Origin: Sarea resinae | Lineage: Eukaryota | Length of the DNA: 31,488 nucleotides | NCBI GenBank assembly: GCA_026026165.1 | Contig: JAPEUD010000059.1 | Span: 124,001 to 155,488 of the forward strand | Reading direction: 5' to 3' | The notes under the pieces: generated by a model | The model's input: only the letters and a program-made list of their open reading frames with translations | Told to the model about the DNA's origin: nothing | Databases searched by the model: none | Program-made: the position numbers and the translations under genes | In this document: positions 12,291 through 24,547 of the stretch, one piece after another | Position numbering within the stretch: position 1 is the first letter of the stretch | Layout: each line of letters opens with the position of its first letter

Positions 12291-13053
12291 ATGGCCAACT
12301 ATCTCGCCTCCATCTTCGGCACCGAGCAGGACAAGGTCAACTGCAGCTTCTACTACAAGATCGGGGCGTGTCGGCACGGCGACCGCTGCAGCCGGAAACA
12401 CGTCAAGCCGTCGTACAGCCAGACCATCCTCCTGCCGAACCTGTACCAGAACCCGGCCTTTGACCCCAAGAACAAGATGAACCCGTCGCAGCTGCAGAAC
12501 CACTTTGACGCCTTCTACGAGGACTTTTGGTGCGAGATGTGCAAGTACGGCGAGGTCGAGGAGGTCGTCGTGTGTGATAATAACAACGATCGTGCGTTGT
12601 GTGCTTTTCTCTCTGACCCCCCGTCTCCCTGCCCTGCTCTGCCCAACCCCTCCCTTGCCTTACATCCTACAATTCCTTTCCTTTCTCTCGCCCTCTTTCT
12701 TACTAACTGACTCCACAGATCTAATCGGCAACGTCTACGCGCGGTTCAAATACGAAGACAGTGCGCAAAAGGCGTGCGACGCGCTGAACAGCCGCTGGTA
12801 CGCGGCCCGGCCCATCTACTGCGAGCTGTCGCCCGTGACCGACTTCCGCGAGGCCTGCTGCCGGCTGAACTCGGGCGAGGGCTGCGTGCGCGGCGGCTTC
12901 TGCAATTTCATCCACCGCAAGGAGCCCAGCCCCGAGCTGGAGCGCGAGCTCGAGCTCGCCACCAAGAAGTGGTTGAGGAGTCGGGGCCGCGACGAGAGGA
13001 GCGAGTCGAGGAGCCCGACGCCCGAGCCTGCGGCCGGCAGCAGGAGGAGGTAG
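12291..13053 (+). CDS. U2AF1: Splicing factor U2AF small subunit (U2AF23/U2AF35), 211 aa; exons 12291-12591 and 12719-13053
   Basis: MANYLASIFGTEQDKVNCSFYYKIGACRHGDRCSRKH (CCCH finger 1), UHM with NNNDHLIGNVY formed by splicing intron 12592-12718 (GTGCGT...TACTAAC...CAG), and second finger CCRLNSGEGCVRGGFCNFIH. Confidence 0.97.
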
Positions 13054-13059
13054 GCTTAC

Positions 13060-13078
13060 GTGTGTGTGTGTGTGTGTG
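13060..13078 (+). repeat. (GT)n microsatellite just after the U2AF1 stop
   Basis: gtgtgtgtgtgtgtgtgtg seen directly. Confidence 0.9.
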
Positions 13079-13611
13079 GTCGTGCCCTGTGGACATGATC
13101 TCGGTTTCGGGCACGGGGAGGGGGGCCCTGCCTTGGTTTCCTCGTCGATAGCCGTTCTCTTGATTACGATCTCTTGCTCTCAATCTCATCACCGGCGTTT
13201 TGGAGGCGCTCGTGTAGCTATACTGGGCAAAAGCAATAACATCTGGCAGATCAATAATCAGATATTTCATTCTCATTATACCACCGAAAAAAGAGTAAGA
13301 AACACTCGGCGCCAATAAATAAAAAGTAGACGAGACGATCCGGATCGAAATACTCCAGTCCGCGAGCGGGCGCGCGAGATGCTAAGATTCACAAAGTTTT
13401 CTGATCCACCCAGTAGACACCGCAAGCCCGATGCACCCCCATCCCCCCGCCCGCCCGTCCGTCCAACCGAAGGCTTATGCAAGAGACGCTCATCGCATTC
13501 GTTGTTGTTGCTGTAGTTGTAGTTGTAGTTGTTGCTGGTTTGAGGGTTAAAAATGATGCTTTGGTTTCTTCCCCGCCCACCCAACCAATTAACCAATCAA
13601 CTCAACCATGA

Positions 13612-14127
13612 TCAGCTACCACTATCGCTGCCGCTGCCGCTTGACGATGACTTAGAAGAGGAGCTCGAGTCGGTGCCTCCGTAGTGGTTGTGGCCGATGT
13701 TGAGGCCGTGCGTGGAAATGTACCAGATCAGCACGGCGACGGCGGCGATGATGGCGAAGAACAGCAGCCAGAAGCCCCAGCAGATGCAGGCGCGACGGGC
13801 GCGTTTCCCCTGTTGGCGCTTGAGCCAGTCGTCTCTGTGACACGCGTGTTAGCGTCTGCAGCAGCAGGAGGTGGTGTCGTTGTTGTCGGTGTGGGAGAGA
13901 GAGTTTAATGGGAGGCGGAGTGCGGCGGATTGAAAATTCGAGAGGAGATAGGGGACAGGGTGAAGGGAGAAGGTGAAAGGACGACGAGGACGAGGAACTT
14001 ACGAGACTATGTCCCCGTGCGAGTGAGCGCTCGGCGACGCCATGGTCGGAGACACGCCCTTTTCTTCGTCCAGATGCACGGCGACGGAGAAGCGGCGCCA
14101 GAAGGCCGGATCGCGAACGAGAGCCAT
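13612..14127 (-). CDS. Small single-pass membrane protein, 115 aa; exons 14127-14003 and 13834-13612
   Basis: MALVRDPAFWRRFSVAVHLDEEK... joined by intron 14002-13835 (GTAAGT...GCTAAC...CAG) to DDWLKRQQGKRARRACICWGFWLLFFAIIAAVAVLIWYI...SGS*. Total 348 nt in frame, with a basic cluster preceding a hydrophobic helix. Confidence 0.8.
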
Positions 14128-15463
14128 TGCGTGGTCGGTCTGCGGCGAAGTTGCGAGGTTGCGGATTGGGTCTTTTCGAGATGGGTTTGGCGGTGATCGA
14201 GGGACACTTATCGGATCAGGGTCGAGGATGGGTTTGTTGGGGTGATGTATGTGTTTAGTTTGCGAGAAGGTGATGATGATTTCAGTAATATAGATCGAGT
14301 CGAGTCGAGTCAAGTCGAGTCAAGTCGAGCCAGGCCGAGTCAAGTTGGGTCGAAGTCCGTAGTGATCAAAGACAGGGAAAACAGTGGAAAGAACGAATGA
14401 ATCGAATAGACAGAGTCAAAAGAGTGACGGCAGCTCAAGACGAACACGAAACGAGTGAGGTGGACGAGTTGGCTGGCTGGTAAGGATTGTGTATTGAAGC
14501 TTCTTCACCGTGACGATGATGGCGGCAGCATGTCCAGACAAGGCAACGCACGAAGCAGGAAAAAAGGAAAGAATGGATGGATCGAGGAAGAAAGTGAGGA
14601 GGTAGGTGGATGAGGATTGTCTGGTGCGTCCCCTACCAGCAAGCCCGCCGGCAAGCAGGCAAGCAAGCTACTACTCTAGAGTATCGAGTATGCGGGCTGC
14701 ATCGTCGAGTGCTCTGTACCTTCTCATCAGGAGACCCACCGTTGACGGGGTTCTTCTTCGTTTCAGGGGCATCTTCGACGACCAACAGCACCGAGTCGCC
14801 AATCAGGAGCGCAAGTCTGCTTGATATTGGCTTGGATTGGCGTCCTCACCGTCCCGGATGGCTGGCGGCCGGTGACGGGAAATTGCGAGCAGTCGATGAT
14901 CTCCGCATTCGGGCCTAGCACGCGGTACCTCCAGGGTTGGGCCGTCAGGGGCGCCGTGTTCCTCTTCTGGTACCTGACTTAGTACTCACTCATAGTCGAA
15001 GTGTTAGAGTCTTCGGCTTCTCCATTAGCATCCGGCCATCGAGGGATGGATGGGACGCCTCCCGCGGCGTCGGTGATGTTAGTGCACACCCAATGCTGTG
15101 ATCATCATGACCGAGAACAACAGCAAGAATGGAAGAGGCAGCATCTCTCTCGAGTGCTCGTTCGGGTGATGGTCCATCTTACATGTTGATCTGATCGCCC
15201 ATTGTCCGTCTCATCGGTCGCACATTCCACGCTCGACACTTCTGACATTCCAGATCAGGTATGCCAGCCACGCCTTGGACTCGACGTGGCTTTCTACCTG
15301 TCGGCCGATGCCATTCACTCTACTGCGCGGTACCGATGCAATTCAAGATCTACTTTAATTTCCTCCTCATCTACTCGTAATCGTGAATCGTGACATCCAA
15401 CATCCATCATCCAACCATAGATCTGCTATCCCCAGATCCCCAGATCCCCAGATCCCATACCCC

Positions 15464-16295
15464 TCAGACCTTTTCGCTCAGCGGAACATCGCCCTTCGTA
15501 ATCTCCCGGATGAATTCCCGGTCCGGTTCGTAGAGCATGACATGAAAGTGCTCGACCGCGTGAATGGACTTGAGAGAGCTCCAGTTCTTGAACCAGATGA
15601 CCTAGGTGCAAACCCGGTCAATCCCCGCCCGTGTTGGATTTTGGAGGGTTGAGAGACTTACATGTTCGGGGTCGACGTGCGTGCGAAATGTCCTCGCCAC
15701 GAAATGGTCAATCTGTTGACGGGCTTTCGGGGTCAGATCCGTCGTGACGGGATCTTCCTCGAGGTCGAACTTGGTCCAGACCACCAGGTGAACAATGTTC
15801 GGATCGACGCCGTAGGGCCAGTCGTTGTAGAGGATCTTGTAGTCGGCTGAAAGGTTGGTGTGGCATCTGGTCAATAGAGGGAGAGGGCCAAGATGGGCGG
15901 CATCGTACCTGGATCCGCAAAGGGTGTGGGGTCATTGGGTGTCAACGTGTCCCAGCGCAGACGCTCCGCCATGACAAAGTTCATGACCGAGCCATATTCC
16001 TTCTTGAGACGGCTCGTGTACTGGCGATACTTGCGCAGCTGCGACGGCACACGACCAAAGAGATCGATGCGATTTGCCTCTGCTGGCCATCAGCAAAGCG
16101 CTCCATGTTATCGTCGGACGCCTTACTGATCATCCGTTGGACTTCCCCCCACGTCTGGCGGTGATACTCGGCGTCGGGGGTAGCGAGCATGCCTCGATCT
16201 CTGGCGTCGGCATTGGCGAGGAAGTCGGGGCACTCGGCCGGCCACTCGTCGCGAGGCACATTGACGAGCCAGAAGGGCAGATCTTCGACCGTCAT
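15464..16295 (-). CDS. DUF3605 / GIG1-family (N-acetylglucosamine-induced protein-like); exons 16295-16127, ~16082-15909, 15846-15662, 15601-15464
   Basis: Spliced product has [41 protein letters not shown] and [21 protein letters not shown]. Three canonical introns keep the frame. Confidence 0.88.
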
Positions 16296-16578
16296 GGCTG
16301 AGGGCTGAGGGTCACGAGAATCCGAGACCGATTTTAGAGTTCAGCGTGGTGGAGAGGAATGGGATGGATTGGACGGAAAGAGCGTCTGTACTGCACACCC
16401 GGCTGTAGCGAGCTTTATTGGGTATGTGAGACGTCGAATTGACTTTGTGGACGTCTCCCAATCCAGGCAACAATTGCCGCGTTTCCCTTCATCGTCACCA
16501 TTTGCTTGCATTCACAAAGTACATGTAGAGTGTGATATATCATGCCATCAAACATGTGCTAAATAGATATCTAAACAG

Positions 16579-18463
16579 TTACTTTGCCTCCTGGGCATCC
16601 ACAAATTCGTCCAATTCGCTGGTCTGCGTGTCTTGCCTCACCAGTGTCTCGTGCCCCGGCCCCGATGAGGTCGGTATTAGCGGTTGCTGCAATCCCGGAG
16701 GTGCACCAGCAGAGTATTTTCCCGCAGGGGCTTGCTTCGTCTGCCCTGGGGCCGGCGCTTGGTTGTCATCACTAAAGTCGATGAGATTCCCTGCGTCTTC
16801 TTTGGCCGCTGGCGCAGTTTGTGAGCGTCCAGCATCACCATGAGTTGATCGTGGTGGTATACCGAATTTCTTATTGCGCGTCTGGCCTTGGATGATGGGC
16901 TCAACGGCCAAGATTTGCTGCGTTTGCGCTTCAGGGGTAGGGCCGTCACTGGTTCTGATTAGCAGGGTCCTTGATGACAACAGAGGCACACACATGTTCG
17001 CATTCAGGATCCAGTCGAGGTCTTCTTCTCCTTCTTCTGGTCCGCCTGGTCCACCGCGGACTGGCCTGAATAGCCGGGGATGCCAATCAAGATTTTCATC
17101 TGCTCGCGCCGCTGCTTCATCGCGTTGCATGTCTTCAATCTTCGTCTTCTCGTCGGTGGCCACTTCGTGATTGCGCTCCTTTAATGCAGCCACGACCTTG
17201 GCCCATAATTTCCTTGATTCGCGGTCATCCTGTTCTTCCACTGGTCGGACGATCGGTGGAGTGTGTTTGGCGTGAGTCGCGTTGAACAACAATTCTCTGT
17301 GGCCGGTCTATTGAATGATTAGAAATGATTTCAATTCACCGGACCAAAACTCACTATGGTGTTTTTGATGAACATTTCTCCATTCCACATTCCGGAAAGT
17401 TCATAAAGAACTTTTCCATTCTGTTCGTTCTTGATTGTCCCGGTAATCGCGTTGTATGTCCCGCTGAAATACCCTTTGGTCTTGAACTCGATATCTGCAA
17501 TTAGGCCGTTCTCCGGACACCGGACAACACTGTGATCTCCGAGCTCATACTTCATCTTACCAAAAAGAATCCCGCGCGCATACATGTTCGGCTGCGTCAG
17601 GATGCTGCACCAGTCAGATGAATTCGTTGCGTGGGACGTTGACGTACTATCTCTCGCCCCTCTTTGTCTTGCCGCGATTCAGAAGAGTTAAAATTGCAAT
17701 GCCTTCCATCAGACTCGCGGCCGAGTTACCAAGAAATCTACTTCTTGGCTTCAATGTTCCATCAATTCGAATGTAATGTTCCGGGGCCATGAAAAAGTAA
17801 CTAGATTTCGGAGGGTGATGTGATGTCTGTTCGGATATGTAGTAGCCTCGAGTGTTGTCGGGGTAGTTCCAAGAGCAAGTAAACGACTCGCCCAGGATCG
17901 GATTCAGCGGTTTCTTCACGCCTCTGTTTTGGTTCGTTAGGGCCAAGCGGGGTAGCGGGTCAGGGAGCCATACGGTGGTTTGATGTGCCATCCACTGAGG
18001 TAGAACTTCACCACGGACACAAATCTCAGAGTCGGGTCATCAATCGTTGGCATCGGCAGAAGGGTCTCTGGATGTGCCATGAAACTAGAAAGTCAGCGTC
18101 GTGTCGATTCGGCGGAAATGGAGGTTTACTTTGTAATTCTTTCCAGCATCGATCGCGGTTCGAGGATGAATGTTGGCAGCACGACTCTGCTCAAGTCGGC
18201 GCCCGGTCGTAGTTGTGAGATGATGTGAGAGAGGACTGAAACAAAAAGTCAGTCTCGGCGCATACTGTGGCATACTGTGAGCAACAAACTCACCATTTCC
18301 CTGATCGGGCTCGACAATCGTCTCGTCGTCACCCGAAGCGTCTGCTCTTGCATCCTCGGACGATGATCTGTTGCCTAGGATTGAAAGTGAGCATTGGTAG
18401 AAACTAGCTGGCCAACGACATACTGGTGAGCGATGAGCGCCGGTGGCCATGGCCGAGCACCAT
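16579..18463 (-). CDS. Oxysterol-binding protein, Osh6/Osh7-like; 8 exons (18463-18424, 18374-18294, 18235-18130, 18084-17974, 17923-17648, 17604-17355, 17307-16994, 16948-16579)
   Basis: Spliced product [11 protein letters not shown]...[44 protein letters not shown] signature [20 protein letters not shown]. All seven introns are GT-AG and keep the frame. Confidence 0.92.
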
Positions 18464-19620
18464 CTTGCCGCGGATTTTCGGTCAAGATTTGGAGACTGGG
18501 TATCGTCGAGGTGCGGCGATGCGATGCAGAGCGACAGAGCGAAACAAGCAGATGGTATTCGGCGCTTTGATATTTGGATATCGCTGTATGCTCGTCTGGC
18601 GGGTTAGAGTTCTGACTGTGACGCGGACCAGTGACGAATGACGAATGACGATGATTAGGCCGAGCCAAGACAGAGCCACTGCAAGATTCGCAGTAGAGCA
18701 GATGAAGGCGATACAGGTGGGAAGCAGGTGCAGCCTGCTACCATTACTAGGGCGCCTACCTTGGGAAGTGATCTCCAGCTTGGAGGCAAGGTGAGAACCG
18801 TCAGAAGATGAGTATCTCTCTGGCAGTAAGACAGGTTTCGGATCCGCGTGCGTGCGAGCGTGCGTGGCTACAACGTTCTGGTTTGGTGGGGTTGAGTCCC
18901 CTCGCGCGTCGGTGAGGTCAGGGTAAGCACTTGCGAGGAAGTCTTTCGGTACATTCTTTTGTGCACCCTTTATGCCCTCTTATCCAAGTCCTGGACTGTC
19001 TCGATGACCACGGGGTACTTGTTATCAAGTACTTTGCACGAAGACGTGGATCTCCGGAGCTGCCTTGAGATCTGTCGTGATGCCTTTGCGCTGGGGACGA
19101 CAGCAATTTAGAGGGAGATTGCTGAGGGGAGATCACGATGTGGCCTTTTCTTACATGCTGCTTCCTTTTACTCGCTCCGATGCCCTTGGAATGCTCTTGA
19201 AGCAATTCAAGCAAACAAAGCTCGGCCGTCACTATGCAGGGAGTACTTCGTCAAAGGTACCATCCTTGAGGTCGTGCTCTTTCCCCACCCCCACTTCCAC
19301 AGGCCACAGCAACACTGCCACATCTGTTTCACCCACCGCACAAAACTTGGATGAGCCAGCATCTCTGTACTGTATTCTGACCTCTGCCCCTGACTTGGCC
19401 AATATCGACGAATTGTTCACTGCGCATCTACGGGGTCAAGATAAAACGTCATAGTAGTCATGGTTGATTTGTCCTGATTGATGTAGTCACAAACGCCCAG
19501 GGTACCGGTCCTCAAATCATGCAATAATCCTCGGTGAACACCAGTCACGTACTCCATTCGCCCTCAACCCAAGTGAGCCCCAAACAGTCCCAGTCCCAGT
19601 CCTACTACATCTATGATGCA

Positions 19621-21092
19621 TCACATCCGCGAACGACACTCGGCACAATACCATTTCCCAACGGGCTCCTTGGTGACACCCACGCAACTCCAATGAAACC
19701 ATTCATAAGGACAGTCATCATTATCGCACGCAACCATGTTCCCATAACTCACGCTCCGACAGGTGCAGTACTTCCGATCGTCGCTCGCCTCGTCCCCTTC
19801 GCCCTCCTCGGCGTCCTCCATCTCCTCGTCATCGTCGTTTCGGACTCGAGGGACGCCGGGGTGTGATGCATGAGGTGGAACGGTGGCACGTGAAGGAGAC
19901 GCGGGATTCTCATTCTCTTCATCCGAGGCTCCAGCTGAAGAAGTGGGACTGGTCGCGCCGGAGACGGAACTGAGGGCGCTATCGTCATCGGATCCATCGA
20001 CTGCACCATCTGCCCCCGGATTTGGAGTTTTGAAGATGGTGGAGAGGAGTTTGCGAGTTGCGGATGCGGCGGTTGTGTTTGGAGTCCCCGATGCATGTTT
20101 CTTGACGCTGGCGGATTTCTGTGCCTTGGCTTTGCGCGCCGCGGTGGCCACTTGATGGGGTGCGAGTTTTTTGTTGGTGGTCGGCTTCTTCCTCGGGCCA
20201 GCGCTACTGCCACGGGCAGAAGAGGGCGTTCCAGCTTTGGGGGTGCCGGGACCGAGAGATGAGTGGCGGGCCAGATTCGAGGACGTTGCCGGTACAGAGC
20301 CTAGTTGTGGATTGAGCCGACGGCGTTTGTTTGTGCTTTCCGCAGAAGACTCGCGATTACTTCGTGCGTTTAAGAGAGGGGTACCCGCCATGTTCGGAGT
20401 GGCTGGTCCGTTCGGTGCGGCGCCAGCTGCGAGCATGTGTGCCGTGCGAGCGTTCGATGGGGCGGGGGCAGTAAGACGCGCGAGTCCTGAATTCGCAATG
20501 CTGGTCGAGGAACCACCAGCGTTGATGGAGAGCGGGTTGAGAGGAGTAGACACGCCGGTACTCGGGCCCGATCCTACAGGAGGAACGCGATTGGCGGGAG
20601 ACGGATGAAGGAGAGACGGTAAAGTACTGTCGGCGGGCATGGAACCGTCCGTTTGGAGGTCGCGGATCTTGATATCCATACGTTTGATATGTCGATCGAG
20701 CTATGAATGATAAGTAAGGTGCACCTTTTCTACTGTCTAGGAAGCATACCAAGACGGCAGCCTTTTCGGCCAGGCCAACCTTTTCCTCTTGTAATATTTG
20801 TGCTCGATCGTAGTTCTGTATTATAGTGCGGCTGTAGGCGTCTTCTTTGGGATTCTGCACCAGACTCCCATTGACCTTGATGAACTTTTGGATGCTATTA
20901 TCGCGAGCGGTGATGGTATTGCGGCATTCTTGAATGATTTTGTCTTTGGCCTGGACTTCTTCGAGGAGATGTGCAATCTCAGCGGGCAGATTGGCGACTG
21001 ACGAGTTAGCGTGTACAGAGAAGAGATTGAGGGTCCATACCATCTTGGACAAACGTCTCCAGTAGGGAGGCTGCGTCTTCTGGCACAGCCAT
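19621..21092 (-). CDS. YNG2: ING-family PHD protein, Yng2-like (NuA4 subunit); exons 21092-21041, 20997-20750, 20700-19621
   Basis: N-terminal ING domain [36 protein letters not shown]...[19 protein letters not shown] and C-terminal [34 protein letters not shown]...WYCAEC. Introns are 43 and 49 nt. Confidence 0.9.
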
Positions 21093-21642
21093 TTTGAATG
21101 TCGCGACTGAGGATAGAAGACCGAGGGGGGTATGAGTATGAAAGTGCGACTGGTCAGCTCCCGCGAGGTGAATGCTGAAAGCTCGTCGGAGCCACGTAGA
21201 CGGCCACCTAGAAAGATGGGTTTGAAGCTGAATCGAATGACCGTATGCTCCGGTGAACTCGTCAGTGGCGATGTCGCGATGTCGTGATATCTTATCGACA
21301 ATCTGTCTCGCAACCACCCGGCAGCAAGACCCGTCTGAAAGCAAGAGCACAACAACCCAAGTCTCGGAGAAGCTTCAGACTCTCAAGGGAGATGTGGTCA
21401 GGCAGGAAACGATATCTGAGGTCGGGCAGTGCCGTGGTGTTCAGCTCACGAGTGCGGTTGCATGAACATGACTAATCAATGTACACCCCGAGGTTCCACC
21501 ATGTTTGCGACGGGAAAACATAAATCCGACACATGCCCATCCTCAAACCCAACGCCACGATCTGCGAGATCCAAAGATCGGACTACCTTCTGGACGAGTG
21601 CAGGCCGACGGAAGACTGCTTTTTCTCTGCTCCGAACGCACC
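21093..21642. promoter_or_regulatory. 550-bp divergent intergenic region shared by YNG2 and HOS2
   Basis: Head-to-head start codons at 21092 (-) and 21643 (+). Promoter function is inferred from position. Confidence 0.6.
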
Positions 21643-23106
21643 ATGGCGCGCACTTCGATCGTCCAGGATTACCGCCCACCAGAACCCTACTCGACCCTAT
21701 CCGTCGATGAAAAGGTGCAGCGCGAAATCGCAAAGAATGGCATTGTGCGGCCCAAGGGCTACACGGTTTCATTCCACGGCAATCCCGCGGTCGAGAAACA
21801 CCATTTTGGCCAATCGCACCCGATGAAACCCTGGCGGCTGACCTTGACCAAGCAGCTTGTCATGGCGTACGGCATGCACGAGGCCATGGATCTGTATTTC
21901 ACGCGTGCCGCCACGGACGAGGAACTAGCTGAATTTCACACGGACGAGTATCTCGAATTCCTGCAGAGGTTTGTTTCTCTTCTCACCTGTCTTTACATAT
22001 CTACTCTGTTCCTTTCGACTAACATGGCTAGGGTAACGCCAAACAACATGCTCCTCCAGCCCGACCTCGCACAATACAACATCGGCGACGACTGTCCGAT
22101 CTTCGATGGGCTCTACGGCTACTGCACGCTGTACGCGGGGGCGTCGATCGATGCGGCGCGCAAACTCCTCAACAATCAATCTTCAATCGCCATCAACTGG
22201 TCGGGGGGGCTCCACCACGCCAAGAAGTCCGAGGCGTCGGGCTTCTGCTACGTCAACGACATTGTGCTGGCGATCCTGCAGCTGCTCCGGCACCACCCGC
22301 GCGTCATGTACATTGACATTGACGTGCACCACGGCGACGGGGTCGAGCAAGCGTTTTGGTCCTCGGACCGCGTCCTCACCGTGTCCTTTCACAAATACGA
22401 CAAAGACAATTTCTTCCCCGGCACGGGCCCGCTAGACTCGACGGGGCCGGAGAATGCGCGCAACCCGGGCGCGCACCACGCGCTCAACGTGCCGCTAAAC
22501 GACGGCATCGAGGACTCGGACTATATCCAGCTGTTCGGAGCCATCGTCGGCCCCTGCGTCCGCACCTTTAACCCGACCGTCATCGTGCTGCAGTGCGGCG
22601 CCGACAGCCTCGGCTGCGACCGGTTGGGCTGCTTCAACCTGAACATCCGCGCGCACGGCGCCTGCGTCGATTTCGTCAAGCGGCTGAACCTGCCCATGAT
22701 GCTCGTCGGCGGCGGCGGCTATACGCCTCGCAACGTGGCGCGGCTGTGGGCGTACGAGACCAGCATCGCGCTGAATGCGTCGCTGACCGAGAAGCTGCCC
22801 GCCCACACGCCGGCGCTGTCGCACTTTGCACCCGACAAGACGCTGTTCCCGCCCCTGAGCGAGCACGGCCGCTTCGAGAACAAGAACTCGCCCGAGTACC
22901 TGCACAACGTCGTGCGCAAGGTGCTGGAGCAGCTGCGGTACCTGCAGGGCGCGCCCAGCGTGCAGATGCAGGAGATTCCGCCGGATATCATGGGGCTGAG
23001 GGATGAGATTGACGAGGAGCTGGCCGAGCTCAGGGACGACTCCGATGATGCTCTACGCAAGAAGAGGGAGAGAGGGGCCGGCGTCGCAGGCGAACTCATG
23101 GATTAA
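21643..23106 (+). CDS. HOS2: Class I histone deacetylase, Hos2 type; exons 21643-21968 and 22032-23106
   Basis: HPMKPWRLTLT, GDDCPIFDG, INWSGGLHHAKKSEASGFCYVND, YIDIDVHHGDGVE, LQCGADSLGCDRLGCFNL, GGGGYTPRNV. Intron 21969-22031 (GTTTGT...CTAAC...TAG). Confidence 0.95.
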   Translation: MARTSIVQDYRPPEPYSTLSVDEKVQREIAKNGIVRPKGYTVSFHGNPAVEKHHFGQSHPMKPWRLTLTKQLVMAYGMHEAMDLYFTRAATDEELAEFHTDEYLEFLQRFVSLLTCLYISTLFLSTNMARVTPNNMLLQPDLAQYNIGDDCPIFDGLYGYCTLYAGASIDAARKLLNNQSSIAINWSGGLHHAKKSEASGFCYVNDIVLAILQLLRHHPRVMYIDIDVHHGDGVEQAFWSSDRVLTVSFHKYDKDNFFPGTGPLDSTGPENARNPGAHHALNVPLNDGIEDSDYIQLFGAIVGPCVRTFNPTVIVLQCGADSLGCDRLGCFNLNIRAHGACVDFVKRLNLPMMLVGGGGYTPRNVARLWAYETSIALNASLTEKLPAHTPALSHFAPDKTLFPPLSEHGRFENKNSPEYLHNVVRKVLEQLRYLQGAPSVQMQEIPPDIMGLRDEIDEELAELRDDSDDALRKKRERGAGVAGELMD

Positions 23107-24039
23107 TTAATTATAGGTGTTCCGGGGGTGGAGTTTCTCGGTCATGGTCATGGTACTCACCAGTGGCGTTGACGTCAAAATACCAGTCAAGACAGGGGCA
23201 AGGCATGGGCATGGGCATGAGTACTGGCGTTTCAATGTCTGTTAGGATTCAAGCCTTATTGTTCGTATGACATCTTGCTCCTCGGTTCACTTTGAATCTA
23301 TTCGCATTACTTTTGCAGCTTCCACTTCTACGTCACCTTGCTTTCAGATTCTATTTTACTTGCACTTTCACTTCCTCTCTAGATTCTCTAAGCAAGATGG
23401 TTCTGTTTACCGGATTTGATAGATGTCGAAGAGAGTCAAGGGATGAACACATTTGCGGATGCGTTGGTCCAGGACTTACCGCTTACGAGTACGATTGTTG
23501 CTCAAATACTATTCGACTCAACGAGGATTCTCTGAACACAACTAAACAGATCATGAGGCGGAGATACTAGATACTGATGCCGAGAGACCAAGAGGCTGGG
23601 TACCAGGACGCCCGCTGCAAATCCAACTACGATCGAAAGTGCCTCCGCAGCCAGGATGCCACTAGATATCGAAAGACCACCGAGCTTCTTATACACAAAG
23701 GGAGATGTATCGCTAGATGTTTACCTGGCCAGCTCAGACTCAGTGACAATTGCACAGCATAAGTCCCGCTACAAGGTCGATAAGGTGACACATGCTGGTC
23801 ATTTATCTGCAATAGATAGGCGTCTCATAGGTATTGGGAGCAGTCACAGGAGCCAGATGAAAGAGGCTGACTCAAGAACGTGAAGCAAGTGCTTTATCTG
23901 AGATCAGAGATGCAAAGGGATAGAGAGTAGTAAAGGGGATAGCAAGCAAGATCAACTTGATAAGTTTGAGTCAGATGCGACTGAGAGAATTGATAGTCAG
24001 TCAAAAAGAGAGCGTGAGAAGAGCGGAAGGAGGAAGGCC

Positions 24040-24470
24040 GTTTGACTTTATACTATGCATAGGCCTAGCCCCTTTTCGCTGGCTAGCATTAGCTCACACC
24101 CAATAGCTATAACGCTGGATTTCGGTGTACAGAGAGGATATAGATAGAAGGTATGAAGTTTCCGACTTGAGTAGCACCTTTAATAATATAATACAGCATT
24201 CAAACAATTGAGAATCACAGTATTCAGAATAGCAAAGTATATTATTAGTTTACTTGCTCTACGCCATTGATTGCTTCTAACATTACAGGATAAAGAAAGC
24301 AATTCTCAATACTACCCAAACTTAGTAATACGTTGGAGCATATAGATGAAAGAAAGAGAATAAATAGAGTGTAATTATCCTTATATAATGCGTTATAGAG
24401 AACAGTCCTTGGCAGACTTCTAGTTTCGTGTTTCGTCGTGTCCTACAGCCATCGCTATGAGTATCTTCTA
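24040..24470. other. AT-rich, TpA-enriched segment, possible RIP relic
   Basis: Composition shift and frequent tag/ata/taa, no ORF. Boundaries are approximate. Confidence 0.35.
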
Positions 24471-24547
24471 ATTGATAGGTGTTGCAGTCGTACCGCCATC
24501 GAGCAAAGCCGTGGGGAAGGCTTAGAATGCTTCTATATACAGAGAGA

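Noticed and set aside
18918..19454. Short ORFs between the OSBP gene and YNG2
   Set aside because: No codon bias or motifs; likely promoter/UTR sequence.
21505..21642. Extended HOS2 N-terminus from a TTG start
   Set aside because: Eukaryotic gene; the first ATG is at 21643 and resembles Hos2 N-termini.
23292..23883. Short ORFs after HOS2
   Set aside because: No recognisable motifs or splice-consistent model; may be a decayed relic but cannot be supported.
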